A stretch of 55,102 nt of DNA from a virus (taxonomy: Duplodnaviria > Caudoviricetes): positions 1-55,102 of the IMG/VR virus record IMGVR_UViG_3300037742_000050. One strand, given 5' to 3'. Positions 35,671-45,882 of this stretch are shown here, in pieces. The position numbers were made by a program, and so were the translations under genes. The first letter of the stretch is position 1. Every line of letters begins with the position of its first letter. The notes beneath the pieces are model-generated. The model did no database searches and was not told where the DNA came from. It saw only the letters and a program-made list of their open reading frames with translations.

Positions 35671-36521
35671 TGGCCTCAATCACCGCAACAGTCGACGCCG
35701 TCAGCGCGATGGTGTACATCGAAGTCGACTTCTCCAGCGACCCTGCGGTCACTTCGGTCCGGATCGTCCGGGTGGAAAGCCTGTCCGGTGACGAGACTGT
35801 CGTACGGGTCCATTCCTGGGTTGACGACAATGATGCTGACTGCATCGTTCTGGTGGACAGTTCCACAGCCCTGTACGACACCGAAGCACCGTTGGACATT
35901 CCGGTGTACTACCGGGTTGAAGATTGCGCTGGAGCAGCGGCCTCGGCTGACTCGGCCGAAGTGGTGGTTCCGTCCAGTGGCTGGCTGTGGCTAAAGGACC
36001 CAGTTCGCCCGTACGCCAATGTGCTCATCACACTGAAGGGCGACCCGAACCCCTGCGTACCGGTCACCGGGGTCTACTTCCAGTCGATGGGCGAGGAGGT
36101 ATACCCGGCAGGGGGCGTTCTCCAGCGGCCGGTGAACCGGCGTAACGGGATTGCGGTGGTCCGGGTCCGGCATGGCTACTCGTCCACGCTGAACCTGGCA
36201 ACCCGCACTTTCGTTGACCGCGACGCGGTACGGGACCTACTGGCCACCGGGGACGTACTGTTCCTCCAGGCACCGGCCCAGTACGGCATCGAAGAGGTGT
36301 ATGTCCATGTACCCGGTGCGCCGGGATGGCAGCGCCTCTCCTCCGATCACCGGAAGCAATGGCGCACAGTGGGTATTGCTTTCGATGAGGTGGACCGTCC
36401 AGCCGGGCTGAGCTTCGGCGTTCTGGGTGTCCGCTGGATGGACCTGTGCGACACGTACGGTACGTTCGCCAGCGCGGAGGCGGCAGGGACCACCTGGCGC
36501 GACATAATGGACGGACCCTGA
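35670..36521 (+). CDS. Distal tail / minor tail protein
   Basis: Follows tape measure; DTEAP...Y, WLKDP. Confidence 0.7.
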   Translation: MASITATVDAVSAMVYIEVDFSSDPAVTSVRIVRVESLSGDETVVRVHSWVDDNDADCIVLVDSSTALYDTEAPLDIPVYYRVEDCAGAAASADSAEVVVPSSGWLWLKDPVRPYANVLITLKGDPNPCVPVTGVYFQSMGEEVYPAGGVLQRPVNRRNGIAVVRVRHGYSSTLNLATRTFVDRDAVRDLLATGDVLFLQAPAQYGIEEVYVHVPGAPGWQRLSSDHRKQWRTVGIAFDEVDRPAGLSFGVLGVRWMDLCDTYGTFASAEAAGTTWRDIMDGP

Positions 36522-36522
36522 C

Positions 36523-37638
36523 ATGCAGACCGGTGGCCTGAACCCGACGTACCGGGCCCTGCTGGCCCGTAACCCGTCGCCGATCGTCAGAGTTGAGGTG
36601 TGGCGGGAAGGTGCCCGGATCGACCCGTTCGGTGACAACGGGTTGATGATCCTGGACGGGTCGGTCAGCGCCAGCTTGAACTCCAGGGTCACCCGGCAAC
36701 TCACCCTGTCCGTACCCCGATTCCTCACCCCTGCCGACAATGACGGTCTGTTGACCCCGTTCGGGAATCAGATCATTGTTCGTGCCGGGGTGTACGGCTA
36801 CGGCGGACTGAACCATCTGTGGACAGTGTTCCGGGGGCGGATCGCCGATGTTCATGTGGGTTCAGATCAGGTCCGGGTTCTCGCGGATGACCTGGCAGCC
36901 GAGCTTGTGAACAGTTTTCTGGAGATTCCCCGGAACTCGAATACCGGTCAACTGGTCCTCACCGAATGGCAGGATCTTGTCCGGGAGGCGTATCCGGCAG
37001 CCGATTTCGGGGTGTCGGACGATCTACCCGAGCGGATGCCGAAGATGACGTGGTCGGATTCACGGGCGGCTGCTGCTGATTCAATCGCGCAGGCCGCCGG
37101 TGCGTTCTGGTACACGCTGGGGGATGGTTCGTTTGTGTTGCGGCGGATTCCCTGGACGGTGACGCAGGTACCCCTGCTCACTTGGGAGTCCAGTGTGGAT
37201 GGTGTGTTGTTTGATGGTTCGTACACGTTGTCGCGGGAGCAGGTCTTCAACAAGATCACTGTGGTGGGTGAGGCAGCCGATGGCAGTACACCAGTGTCGG
37301 CGACCGTGTTCGACAACGAGCCGACTTCTCCCACCTACCTGTACGGTCCCTTCGGTGAGAAGGGGCGTCGGGTGGTCAGTAACGCCACCACCAACAGTGG
37401 CGCCGCTTTCCAGCTTGCCGAACGTTACCTGCGACGAGGCAGGGCGTTGACCCGGACCTGGCAGGCGTCGATCGTAGCCGATGCGGCGCTGGAGCTTGGC
37501 GACTGCGTGCAGATCGACCATCTTGATCAGACGGATATTCAGGTCGTTGAATCATTCAACATGCCATTGTCGGGCAACAATGTGATGGAGGTGTCCCTCC
37601 GGGCGCTGACCCCAGGTACCGCGCTGGAGGAGGAATAG
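36523..37638 (+). CDS. Baseplate hub-like minor tail protein
   Basis: Position; SPTY..GPFG, LELGD. Confidence 0.7.
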   Translation: MQTGGLNPTYRALLARNPSPIVRVEVWREGARIDPFGDNGLMILDGSVSASLNSRVTRQLTLSVPRFLTPADNDGLLTPFGNQIIVRAGVYGYGGLNHLWTVFRGRIADVHVGSDQVRVLADDLAAELVNSFLEIPRNSNTGQLVLTEWQDLVREAYPAADFGVSDDLPERMPKMTWSDSRAAAADSIAQAAGAFWYTLGDGSFVLRRIPWTVTQVPLLTWESSVDGVLFDGSYTLSREQVFNKITVVGEAADGSTPVSATVFDNEPTSPTYLYGPFGEKGRRVVSNATTNSGAAFQLAERYLRRGRALTRTWQASIVADAALELGDCVQIDHLDQTDIQVVESFNMPLSGNNVMEVSLRALTPGTALEEE

Positions 37639-37640
37639 AC

Positions 37641-37865
37641 ATGAGACTTGTCACTGACATCGAACAACGTCTCGGCGATCCGTTGTCCAAGCGGATCGCG
37701 ACGGTGAACGCTGTGTCCGGGACGACGGTGACGCTGAACCTTGGTGGCGGCTTAGTGGTCGCTGACTCTTATCTTGCCTCATACAGTCCAGTGGTCGGGC
37801 ACGTCGTGCTGGTATTGTTCGATGACACGTCGATCATTGTGCTCGGACGACTGATTGGTCCATGA
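37641..37865 (+). CDS. Small spike-like minor tail protein
   Basis: YLASYSPVVG..V......IVLGRL. Confidence 0.65.
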   Translation: MRLVTDIEQRLGDPLSKRIATVNAVSGTTVTLNLGGGLVVADSYLASYSPVVGHVVLVLFDDTSIIVLGRLIGP

Positions 37866-37868
37866 GAA

Positions 37869-38453
37869 ATGGTGGCATTCACGGCTTCGCAACAGCTTCC
37901 GTATGCTGAGGACACCGACCTGGTGTGCGACTCCCCGGAGATCCTTCAGCAACTCGCCGAGACGGTAGAGGCACGTCTCGGCAGCCTTGAGGATGTATAC
38001 GACACGTTGGCGTTGCGACCTACGGCGAAGATGTACACCTCCCCGCAGACGACGTACGTTCCGTTTTCATTCGTCAGTTTCGACCATGTTGATTTCGACA
38101 CGGCGAACCTGGTCGACCTGAACCGCGACAGTCTGGCGATCGTCGCGAACACCACCCCAGATCCGGGCACGATGGATGTGTGGCTGCACGGGACTTACTA
38201 CTCGGTGAATGGCGCGGGGCTGAACACTGACCTTGCTGGTGCGACGGTGTACACCACCCTGTCCGGCAGTCAGGCGGCAGGACACCAGCGGGACAATGCG
38301 TCGTTCAACAAGGGGCACGTGGTGGATGTTTTCGCCTCATCGATCGCGGCGACGATGGTGATGGCGTTGACGCCATCACAGGCAACGCCGGTGGCTACTC
38401 TGAATCTCGACATCTGCGAGCAGTACGCACTTCGGATCGGGAGCACCGCATGA
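37869..38453 (+). CDS. Minor tail protein A
   Basis: N-terminal T...LPY...LQQLAE motif shared with next two genes. Confidence 0.7.
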   Translation: MVAFTASQQLPYAEDTDLVCDSPEILQQLAETVEARLGSLEDVYDTLALRPTAKMYTSPQTTYVPFSFVSFDHVDFDTANLVDLNRDSLAIVANTTPDPGTMDVWLHGTYYSVNGAGLNTDLAGATVYTTLSGSQAAGHQRDNASFNKGHVVDVFASSIAATMVMALTPSQATPVATLNLDICEQYALRIGSTA

Positions 38454-39058
38454 AAGGGACCGACAGGTACAGCTTCCCGTTTCCCGAGCCTGAGGATTTC
38501 GGGGACGGCGCGACGCAGATCGCCGCACTCGCTGCCAAGATCAACGATGAGTTGCAGGAACGCATCAACTCCTACAACGCACTACTGGAACCAGAGACGT
38601 ACATCCGGGCAAGATCGTCGTCGATCAATTTCTTGAACTCCACACAGTACGGATCGATCACCTGGAACCAGGACGTCTACAGTTCCGGCACAATCAACCC
38701 GGTCACAACCAACGTTCTGAAAATTTCGACACCAGGCATCTACCATGCCGGGATGTTTGTATGGGTGTCCTCTGTTGGCGCGACGAACCTGAACACGTCG
38801 AGAGAGTTCATGCTGCAATTCACCGACCGGCGTGGCCCGTCCCTTGCGGACGCGGTGGATCTGCAATGGGAACAGACGACCCTGGAAGCGGCGACAGGTT
38901 GCGCAGTGACCCAGTACGCAATCTTCCCGGTGTACACCCCAGATTACGCGGGGTCGGGGCTGACTGGCTACTTCCGGCACGCCAATACATCTTCACAAAT
39001 GGCGGTTATATCGCCATCATGTATGTGGATTTCCCGACTCGGCGACTTGGCGGTATGA
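38450..39058 (+). CDS. Minor tail protein B
   Basis: T...FPFP...IAALAAKIN. Confidence 0.7.
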   Translation: MKGTDRYSFPFPEPEDFGDGATQIAALAAKINDELQERINSYNALLEPETYIRARSSSINFLNSTQYGSITWNQDVYSSGTINPVTTNVLKISTPGIYHAGMFVWVSSVGATNLNTSREFMLQFTDRRGPSLADAVDLQWEQTTLEAATGCAVTQYAIFPVYTPDYAGSGLTGYFRHANTSSQMAVISPSCMWISRLGDLAV

Positions 39059-39059
39059 C

Positions 39060-39611
39060 ATGCCCGGAACAACCAGCCTCGGGCTGCGGTACCCGTTCCC
39101 GTCAGAGACGGTGACCGCCCAGTCGTATCAGGACCTCGCCGAGGACATCGACAGTGTCCTCGACACATTGGACGCGTTGCGCACCCAGGCTCGGGTACCG
39201 GAGATGGCGATCGTGCAATGGCCCGGAGGTGGCACGTCGGTAACTCAAGGGGTCACCACCACTCTGACGTACGGCACCGAGGTAGTTGACACGGCAGGTC
39301 TGGCGAACCTGGGCGTGAACAACGACCGGTTGACGTTGTCGGCCGGGATATGGCTGATAAACGGGTGGGCAAGCATCTCGGGTGGCACCACCACCTCGGG
39401 CACCCAGCTTCAGTTTCACCTGAATGCGGCATTACATTCGTTCCACCGGATCGACAACTCCAGCTTCCCGAGCAAGGAGACCAATGGCCAGGCGTTGATA
39501 CATGTCGCGGCGGCCGGGTCTATCCTGCAAATGAACGCGGCCTGGTTCGGCACTGGCGGACCACAGACCTGGTTTGCCAGTCTTCACGCCTGGAAAGTCA
39601 GGGAGTTGTAG
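39060..39611 (+). CDS. Minor tail protein C
   Basis: T..LGLRYP...QDLAEDID. Confidence 0.7.
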   Translation: MPGTTSLGLRYPFPSETVTAQSYQDLAEDIDSVLDTLDALRTQARVPEMAIVQWPGGGTSVTQGVTTTLTYGTEVVDTAGLANLGVNNDRLTLSAGIWLINGWASISGGTTTSGTQLQFHLNAALHSFHRIDNSSFPSKETNGQALIHVAAAGSILQMNAAWFGTGGPQTWFASLHAWKVREL

Positions 39612-39630
39612 TACATCGGAGGTGGATGGG

Positions 39631-40509
39631 GTGCCACAGGAGTTCGAGGCGATCCCGTACAACGGACCAGCCGCTGCCCGTTACGGGAACTACTCGAAGC
39701 GGTACATGGTGATCCACTGCACCTCGAACGACGCCTCCCCGTACAACGAAACCCAGTACGCGAAGCGGCGCACAGACGGGGTCGGGCTGCATTTCTGCTC
39801 AGGTCCGCACACCGTGCTGCAAGGACTTGAATCGTGGTACGGGACGGGTCACGTAGGTTCGACGCAGGGCAACCGGTACGGCATCTCATGGGAGTTCGTC
39901 GGATTCACGTCGTGGCCTGCAAGTTATTGGAAGTCATGCATCGACCGGGCAGCCGCGTCGATGAGACTGCCAATGGACAAGCATCACATCCCGTACCGGT
40001 GGCTATCCGACTCGGAACTTCGCGGCGGCAACGCTCGGGGACTGGTCACCCATGAGCAGTGTTGCCGGGTTCTGGGTAGCTGCAATCACACTGACCCCGG
40101 CCCCAATTTCCCGAAACAATATTTGGTCGACGCACTGAATGGAGCAGCCGTGACCCAACCTATCTATGACCCGTTCCAGGACCCGACGTTCCGGACCCAG
40201 GCTCAGCGGGTCGACGCGCTACGTGGCATGGACCCCGAGTATCCGGTCAACTATGAGGCCACGACCTGGGACCCGGAAGACCCGACGAACATCCTTGAAG
40301 AGAACAAGCTCGCTGAAGCGATCGTGGAACTCCTCAACAAGCCGGGCGCCGATGTCGACGAGGAAGCGCTAGCTGCCGCACTCGCCGGTAATGCCGCGTT
40401 CGTGGATGCATTGGCTACCGCCGTGGCGGCGAAGCTGGGCCCATTCCCGACGATCAGTGAGATCGAAGAGGCCGCATTCCGGGCAGTGCAGCGCGGAGAA
40501 GATGAGTAG
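39631..40509 (+). CDS. Endolysin, N-acetylmuramoyl-L-alanine amidase (Amidase_2-like)
   Basis: VIHCT, H...N..GISWE, THE...HTDPGPNFP. Confidence 0.85.
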   Translation: MPQEFEAIPYNGPAAARYGNYSKRYMVIHCTSNDASPYNETQYAKRRTDGVGLHFCSGPHTVLQGLESWYGTGHVGSTQGNRYGISWEFVGFTSWPASYWKSCIDRAAASMRLPMDKHHIPYRWLSDSELRGGNARGLVTHEQCCRVLGSCNHTDPGPNFPKQYLVDALNGAAVTQPIYDPFQDPTFRTQAQRVDALRGMDPEYPVNYEATTWDPEDPTNILEENKLAEAIVELLNKPGADVDEEALAAALAGNAAFVDALATAVAAKLGPFPTISEIEEAAFRAVQRGEDE

Positions 40510-40559
40510 TTTCTGAACAACACAATTTACAATTGGTGAGATTCCTGATCTAGGGAGGT

Positions 40560-40793
40560 GTGTTGATGGATACCTGGGTCAGGAATCTCGTCATGTTAGG
40601 GGTCCTCGCTGTTTGGGGTGCGTTCATGCTGGTCAGCATGTTCGTGTTGGAGCAGGTACCCTCACCCTTTGTGTGGACAGTGCCAGGCGCTACGTATACC
40701 GTGCTGGTAGGTCGGGTACCCATCTCCTGGCAGCGCAACTTGCCACCAAGTGAATCAGGCGACCGGCAACCCGAGAGGCGACAAGAATCATGA
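40560..40793 (+). CDS. Holin-like membrane protein
   Basis: Two hydrophobic segments right after endolysin. Confidence 0.55.
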   Translation: MLMDTWVRNLVMLGVLAVWGAFMLVSMFVLEQVPSPFVWTVPGATYTVLVGRVPISWQRNLPPSESGDRQPERRQES

Positions 40794-41072
40794 CTCAGTC
40801 GTACGTTATCTGGGCACTTTTCTTCCTTTTTGTTGGAGGGTTGGCGGGCTTGGTCCTGAAGGCAATGTTCCTGCGTCGCAGGGGTCAGTGAGAGCTTCAG
40901 CGACCCCTACGGTGGGTACATACTGAGCTATGACGCTTTCGTACTTCTTCGTGATCGTGGCGTTCATCCTGGCCGCGCTCGCCATCCACCCGCCGCTGAG
41001 TAGCCGGTTTCAGCTTCTCGCAGCGGCGTTTGCCAGCTACATGCTGTCCATCCTCATTGGAGCCTGGCCTGG

Positions 41073-41621
41073 ATGACGGAGTGCCGTACCCGCTACTACT
41101 GGGCTGCGGAGTGGGAGGACCCGCTGCTGGCTCGGGAGTTGATCCCTGTGCTGGAGCCGGTGGTGGAGTCCTGGCTGCAACGCAAGCGGATCTTCGCTGA
41201 CCCGCTGCTGGTCGCTGATCCTTTCGGTCGGATCGTTCTGTCGATCACGGTGAAGACGAAGGACAGGTGGACGAACCACAACCGGGCCATGTACTTCGCC
41301 GCCGCTATCGCCGCTGCCGCCAAGGTGCGACTGAAGCAGCTTGGGGAGCCCCTGTTCCTGCCGCTGCCGCCACATACCAACCGGGGACAGGGCAGGAGGG
41401 GGCCAACGGGTCTGCGGCGCCCCTGCAAGGTTGAGGGCTGCACCAAACATGCCAAGATCCAGCGGATGTGCCAGCCTCACTACCAGAAGTGGCGATACTG
41501 GGGTGATCCCCTCGGGGGCCCATGGTTGAGAGAGGCAGGCCAGGATGGCACGGCAGGAGATCACGGTGCACCGGTTGAGTCGGTACGTGCTGCTCACGGC
41601 GCCGACCCCGACCACGGGTAA
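41073..41621 (+). CDS. Hypothetical protein with C-x4-C...C..HY Zn motif
   Basis: CKVEGC...MCQPHYQKWRYWGDP. Confidence 0.55.
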   Translation: MTECRTRYYWAAEWEDPLLARELIPVLEPVVESWLQRKRIFADPLLVADPFGRIVLSITVKTKDRWTNHNRAMYFAAAIAAAAKVRLKQLGEPLFLPLPPHTNRGQGRRGPTGLRRPCKVEGCTKHAKIQRMCQPHYQKWRYWGDPLGGPWLREAGQDGTAGDHGAPVESVRAAHGADPDHG

Positions 41622-41883
41622 CGCTGTCAACGGTCACGTCCTCACCAATGACGGGGCCACGTTCTTTGAGTTCCGGAACAACGGGGCAACGCAGCGGACG
41701 ATCGACATCCTCGTACCCCAGGACTTCGATGGGGACCTGGCGATCACTGCCCGGACGTACACGTTGCCGGCCTCCGCGACTGACACGAAGACCGGCACGT
41801 TCCCAGTACACCTGTATGGTCCCCAGTTGCTGGTGGATGTGAGCCACTCAGACGTTCGAATCTTGGCTTACTCGGTCTTGTAG
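41545..41883 (+). CDS. Beta-rich hypothetical protein
   Basis: NGH...NDG...RN motif; virion-like composition. Confidence 0.6.
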   Translation: MARQEITVHRLSRYVLLTAPTPTTGNAVNGHVLTNDGATFFEFRNNGATQRTIDILVPQDFDGDLAITARTYTLPASATDTKTGTFPVHLYGPQLLVDVSHSDVRILAYSVL

Positions 41884-42704
41884 TCAACTACGACCGGATA
41901 GCCAGCTTTCTTTAGGCGTCGGTAAATATATTCGACACCTTTTGGTGAAACAAAGGTTACTGCATCCATTTTCCATGGCTGCGCTTCTCGGCGAATCATT
42001 CGCAGATCAAATAGATCCGGATGGTTATGTTCTTGTCGAGGGCGCGGACCCTCTCCTGTTACTGCCTTACAAAAGATGCCAAGATCACGGAGCGCCCTGA
42101 TCAGGGTGGTACGACCTTTGCCTTGTAGGCCAATCATCTGAGCGACTTCACCAAGGCTGTACCACTGCCCAAGGGAGTGCATCAGGGCGTCGTAGATAAC
42201 TTCCTTAGGTGCAGCAATTGCTAGACGAGACTCGGCCAGCAACTTCTCTTGTTCCGCCTTTTCGGCTCGGTCCTCTGCCTCAAGCGCGAGGACAAGGATC
42301 TCCTTGCGACTCAATTCACGAACTAGACCTATCTCAGCTTCGCGAGTTTTGATTGCGAAGTACATTTGGGCAGCGGCAATCTCAGACTTGCGCGGATCGC
42401 CATTCATCGCAACGAGGTAGCAACCGTATCGGCTAAGTTCGAAGTCCTGACGGTCCTGAAAACCGGGGTTACTGGCGCCGGTAAGCTGAGTGACCTGCGT
42501 AAACGTGCCAGGCGTATCGGTGTCGGTCGCTCTAGCCGAAGCCATGGCGCGCTCAATAGGCTCGACAAAGGTCTGCCACCGGCTATAGCCGAGCAGCGGC
42601 ATCAACTCCCGAGCCGACCAATACTCAGAGTCATCTGTTCTTGTGCGACGGATCGCATCGAACGGTGAGGACCCGTCGTTAAGCACGGGTGTAGGATTCG
42701 ACAC
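41868..42704 (-). CDS. Antirepressor-like protein (BRO/DinD-type N-domain plus KilAC-type C-domain)
   Basis: EYWSARELMPLLGY, LSRYGCYLVAMNGDPRK..IA.AQ.YFA; APK...YD, T.VSPKG. Confidence 0.85.
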   Translation of the reverse strand: MSNPTPVLNDGSSPFDAIRRTRTDDSEYWSARELMPLLGYSRWQTFVEPIERAMASARATDTDTPGTFTQVTQLTGASNPGFQDRQDFELSRYGCYLVAMNGDPRKSEIAAAQMYFAIKTREAEIGLVRELSRKEILVLALEAEDRAEKAEQEKLLAESRLAIAAPKEVIYDALMHSLGQWYSLGEVAQMIGLQGKGRTTLIRALRDLGIFCKAVTGEGPRPRQEHNHPDLFDLRMIRREAQPWKMDAVTFVSPKGVEYIYRRLKKAGYPVVVDYKTE

Positions 42705-42952
42705 GGCAAAGCCTCCAGCCAGGTTTAGCCCGAGCCCCCGGCCGCTGCTAACGGTGCGGGGGCATTACTCGGGCAGCGTACACCTTGCTGTGGAGTCAGT
42801 ACCGCCCTCAGGGGTTCCTGGGCAGGGTGTGCGCCAGTCTTCCGGGGTCACATGGAGCTTGGTTTCCCCGCACCTGGCGCACATCCACAGCGTTTGTACG
42901 GTCTCCCCGAACTTGGTGAGGTCCCACCAGTTGCGGAGGTGGTACAGGTGCG

Positions 42953-43225
42953 TCATTGCTGAGTGCGCTTCAAGCTCCGGTCGACAGGGATGATGACTCC
43001 AGCTTCCTGAAGCGTCTTGACGAGCTTCTCCTGGTAGGCAACCAGGTCGGTGTAGCGCTGGTTCACCAGTTCATGGGTCTCATTGACCGTTTTCCGGACA
43101 CCGCTGGTGCGGATGGCGATGATGACCCCACCGACCGCTGTAATGCAGGTGGCGACGGCGGTGGCGAGGGCGGCGATCTCAGCGGCGTTCATCTTGTCAC
43201 CCGTCAGCTTCATGGTACCCGTCAA
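42953..43225 (-). CDS. Small membrane protein
   Basis: N-terminal TM then coiled segment. Confidence 0.55.
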   Translation of the reverse strand: MTGTMKLTGDKMNAAEIAALATAVATCITAVGGVIIAIRTSGVRKTVNETHELVNQRYTDLVAYQEKLVKTLQEAGVIIPVDRSLKRTQQ

Positions 43226-43331
43226 TCAACTCGTCCAGGCGGTCCCGATACTCGACCGGATCGTTCGGCATCTCCTCGATCGTACCGCTCTCTACGCCCC
43301 AGTTCAGGGCTGCGACAGCGTCCCTGCATGT

Positions 43332-43862
43332 TCACGGAACCACGCCCTTGCACCAGGTGGCAATCTCCGGGGTGTCCGGGGTCAACAGCTTGAACTGCTT
43401 GGTCTGATTGTCGCTGTCGGCGTCGGGCCCATCGTAGAAGTAGCAGGAGACAGTTTTCACTGGGTTGGCGAGGTTGACGTTCGCGGACAATTTCTCCCCT
43501 TGCCGGGCGCAGAATTCATGCTTGTAGTAGCGGCGGCTGAGGGCGTAGTCGGGTACGGAGATGGCCCGGCCGATGAGTTGCCCACCGGAGCCAAGGTCGG
43601 CGCTGAGGAGAGCGGTCATTCGGTTGATGCCAACTGCTCGTTGCTCACGGGTCAGGTAGACCTCGATATCCAGGGACATTCGGCGACAGTTGTCTTCAAC
43701 ATCAATACCGGGTTTACGGGGCCCGAACGGGATTTCCCGGTCAGACTCCGGGCTGTCGACGTAGGGGTAGATGCCGTAGGCGAGGAGTCCGGCGACTGCG
43801 AGAACCGTGCCCACCTTGATCTTTGTTACGACTGACATTTTGCTCCTTTCTTCCAGGTTCAC
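43332..43862 (-). CDS. Membrane-anchored/secreted protein
   Basis: N-terminal hydrophobic anchor; SD GAAAGGAG before MSVV. Confidence 0.6.
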   Translation of the reverse strand: MNLEERSKMSVVTKIKVGTVLAVAGLLAYGIYPYVDSPESDREIPFGPRKPGIDVEDNCRRMSLDIEVYLTREQRAVGINRMTALLSADLGSGGQLIGRAISVPDYALSRRYYKHEFCARQGEKLSANVNLANPVKTVSCYFYDGPDADSDNQTKQFKLLTPDTPEIATWCKGVVP

Positions 43863-44069
43863 AAATATGGATCAGGATGTATATATAGAGGAGTGAGCCG
43901 AACACCGCTGCCCGGAACTCATCTCCGGTGACCCTCGACTGGATCTGGACAATCGTCAGGATCAGACCGGCAGTGCTCAGCAACGAAACGATCAGCTTTA
44001 TCCTGAGCCACCTGTATCCAGTGCTGACGCGATGCCTCCGTGTCCTGGATAAACGCTTCATGCTCCGCT

Positions 44070-44405
44070 TCAGTCACCAGGCATCAAGTCGATGTCGGTA
44101 AGAGATAGAAGCCGGTTGCACCATTGTGGCTCCCAGTTGCCGAGCGGAAACGGGCCAGTGATCTTGGCCTGCCCACCGGGATTGATGCCGAGGTCACGAG
44201 ACACGAGTACGGCACCTGCATAGGAGGCTGCCTCAACGATGCACGCCCCGAGAAAACTCGGGCCGCCCGGCCTCTGCTCACTGGGCGGAGGGGACAGAGA
44301 TGGGTCGACAAACGACATCCACCACAGGAACTTCTCAGTCGCGGTGGACTCCAGTAGGCGGGCTTCGGCGAACCGTTGCGCCCGGACCTCGTCGGGAGTT
44401 GCCAT
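44070..44405 (-). CDS. Hypothetical protein (MATPDE...)
   Basis: WWMSF.DP...FLG...GINPGG. Confidence 0.55.
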   Translation of the reverse strand: MATPDEVRAQRFAEARLLESTATEKFLWWMSFVDPSLSPPPSEQRPGGPSFLGACIVEAASYAGAVLVSRDLGINPGGQAKITGPFPLGNWEPQWCNRLLSLTDIDLMPGD

Positions 44406-44406
44406 G

Positions 44407-44838
44407 TCACACCTTGAACTGGACATCACGACGACGCCGGGCCACAAGGAACAGGACCACACCGACAACGAGAACCGCCGCGCCGGACGCAAGGAGCCAG
44501 GTGGTCTTGGAGCCGGTTATCGGTAGGACTGGTGTCGGGGTTGTCGATTGGGTTGGTGAGGGCACGGTGGGGGAGACGGGGGTAGTCGATGGGGCCGAGG
44601 TGGAAGGGGTAGTCGGAAGCGTACTGGGTGGTGAGGATGGAGGAATGGTGGGAGGGGTAGTCGGAGGGGTAGTCGGAGGCGTCGAGGAAGGAGTACTGGG
44701 GGCCGACGACGATGGCGGTGTGTCTCCGTCGTAGTCGCCACCAGCGATGCCCGGAGATCCGAGCGACATGCCGACCATGACGGTACCGAGGAAGATGCCA
44801 CCGAGGCCGGCGACCTTGAGTCTGTTGAGCACGTTCAC
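44407..44838 (-). CDS. LPxTG sortase-anchored Pro/Ser/Thr-rich surface protein
   Basis: Signal peptide, PTT repeats, LPITG, TM helix, RRRR tail. Confidence 0.85.
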   Translation of the reverse strand: MNVLNRLKVAGLGGIFLGTVMVGMSLGSPGIAGGDYDGDTPPSSSAPSTPSSTPPTTPPTTPPTIPPSSPPSTLPTTPSTSAPSTTPVSPTVPSPTQSTTPTPVLPITGSKTTWLLASGAAVLVVGVVLFLVARRRRDVQFKV

Positions 44839-45882
44839 TTCCCTTTCATATTGGAAACTGACAAACGCCTATCGGAGGATACAGTCGACACTTACCTTTC
44901 GGTGACCCTGTACCTTTTGATGTTCGATAACGGCCAGGAGCCTTCATGGACAAGTGGGGCCATGCTCCCATCCTGCGAGTAAAGGTGCAGGGCGCCGTCT
45001 TCGATGAAGCCAGGTCCACGGGTGCTGCCCATGTAGGTGAAATCGATCGTCTCGGTACTTCCGTCATGAAAATCGATACGCAGTGTAAGGAGCTTGGCGT
45101 AGCTCATGCGTGGTCCTTGACGTAGGACCAGTCGATCATTCCGTACGCCCACATGACACCGAGGACTTCGCGAGCGATCCTGGCCCTGCCTTCCATGACA
45201 ACGGCGTCACCGATGATCAGAGACATCCAATAGAAGTCGCCCGATGCATAGGTATGGAAGGACACCTCGTCGCCGTCAGGCTTGTTGAACAACCGGGGGA
45301 CAGGCTCGCTGAACCCGTTGGCAATCAGGACCGGCCGTACCAAGTCAACTACGTCGATCACTATCGTCTCCTTCTCATCGAATGCCTGATACCACAACGG
45401 GGACACACTCCATGTGTCCACACTGGACAGAACTGCCGCCCGTGCCAACCGAACCGGCACAGGATGTTCCTCATCCGTTCCCCTTCATGGCCTAGCCTGC
45501 GATGCTGTTTTCAGTACCCGAGGAGACTCCCCGGTTGGCGATGGACCCGGCACCCGCCACTGAGGCTCCGGGTCCGTCAGCAGATTCGCTACGGCGACGA
45601 TTATGCCAATAGCGATCAGCGTCACGGCGATCAGCATTGCCCATCTACGGAGCACAATTGCTCCCCTGAATCGCGCTGCCGACACCGATACCGATGATCA
45701 GGAATACCACAGCGACCCACATGACCCGAGCAATCACTCTTCCTGCTCCTTCCCGGTTGATTCCTCGGCTTCCCGGTCTTGGGTGGCCGCCGACGCCCGG
45801 AGCAGGTTGGTAATCGCGAGCAGCCTAGATGCGGTCTCCTCCAGGAGTTCCGCCGCTGCCCTGAGTCCTTCCTGGTTCACGA

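Noticed and set aside
44540-44700. GGGGTAGTCGGA repeats as a fourth array
   Set aside because: Codon-phased repeats encoding the PTT linker of the LPxTG protein
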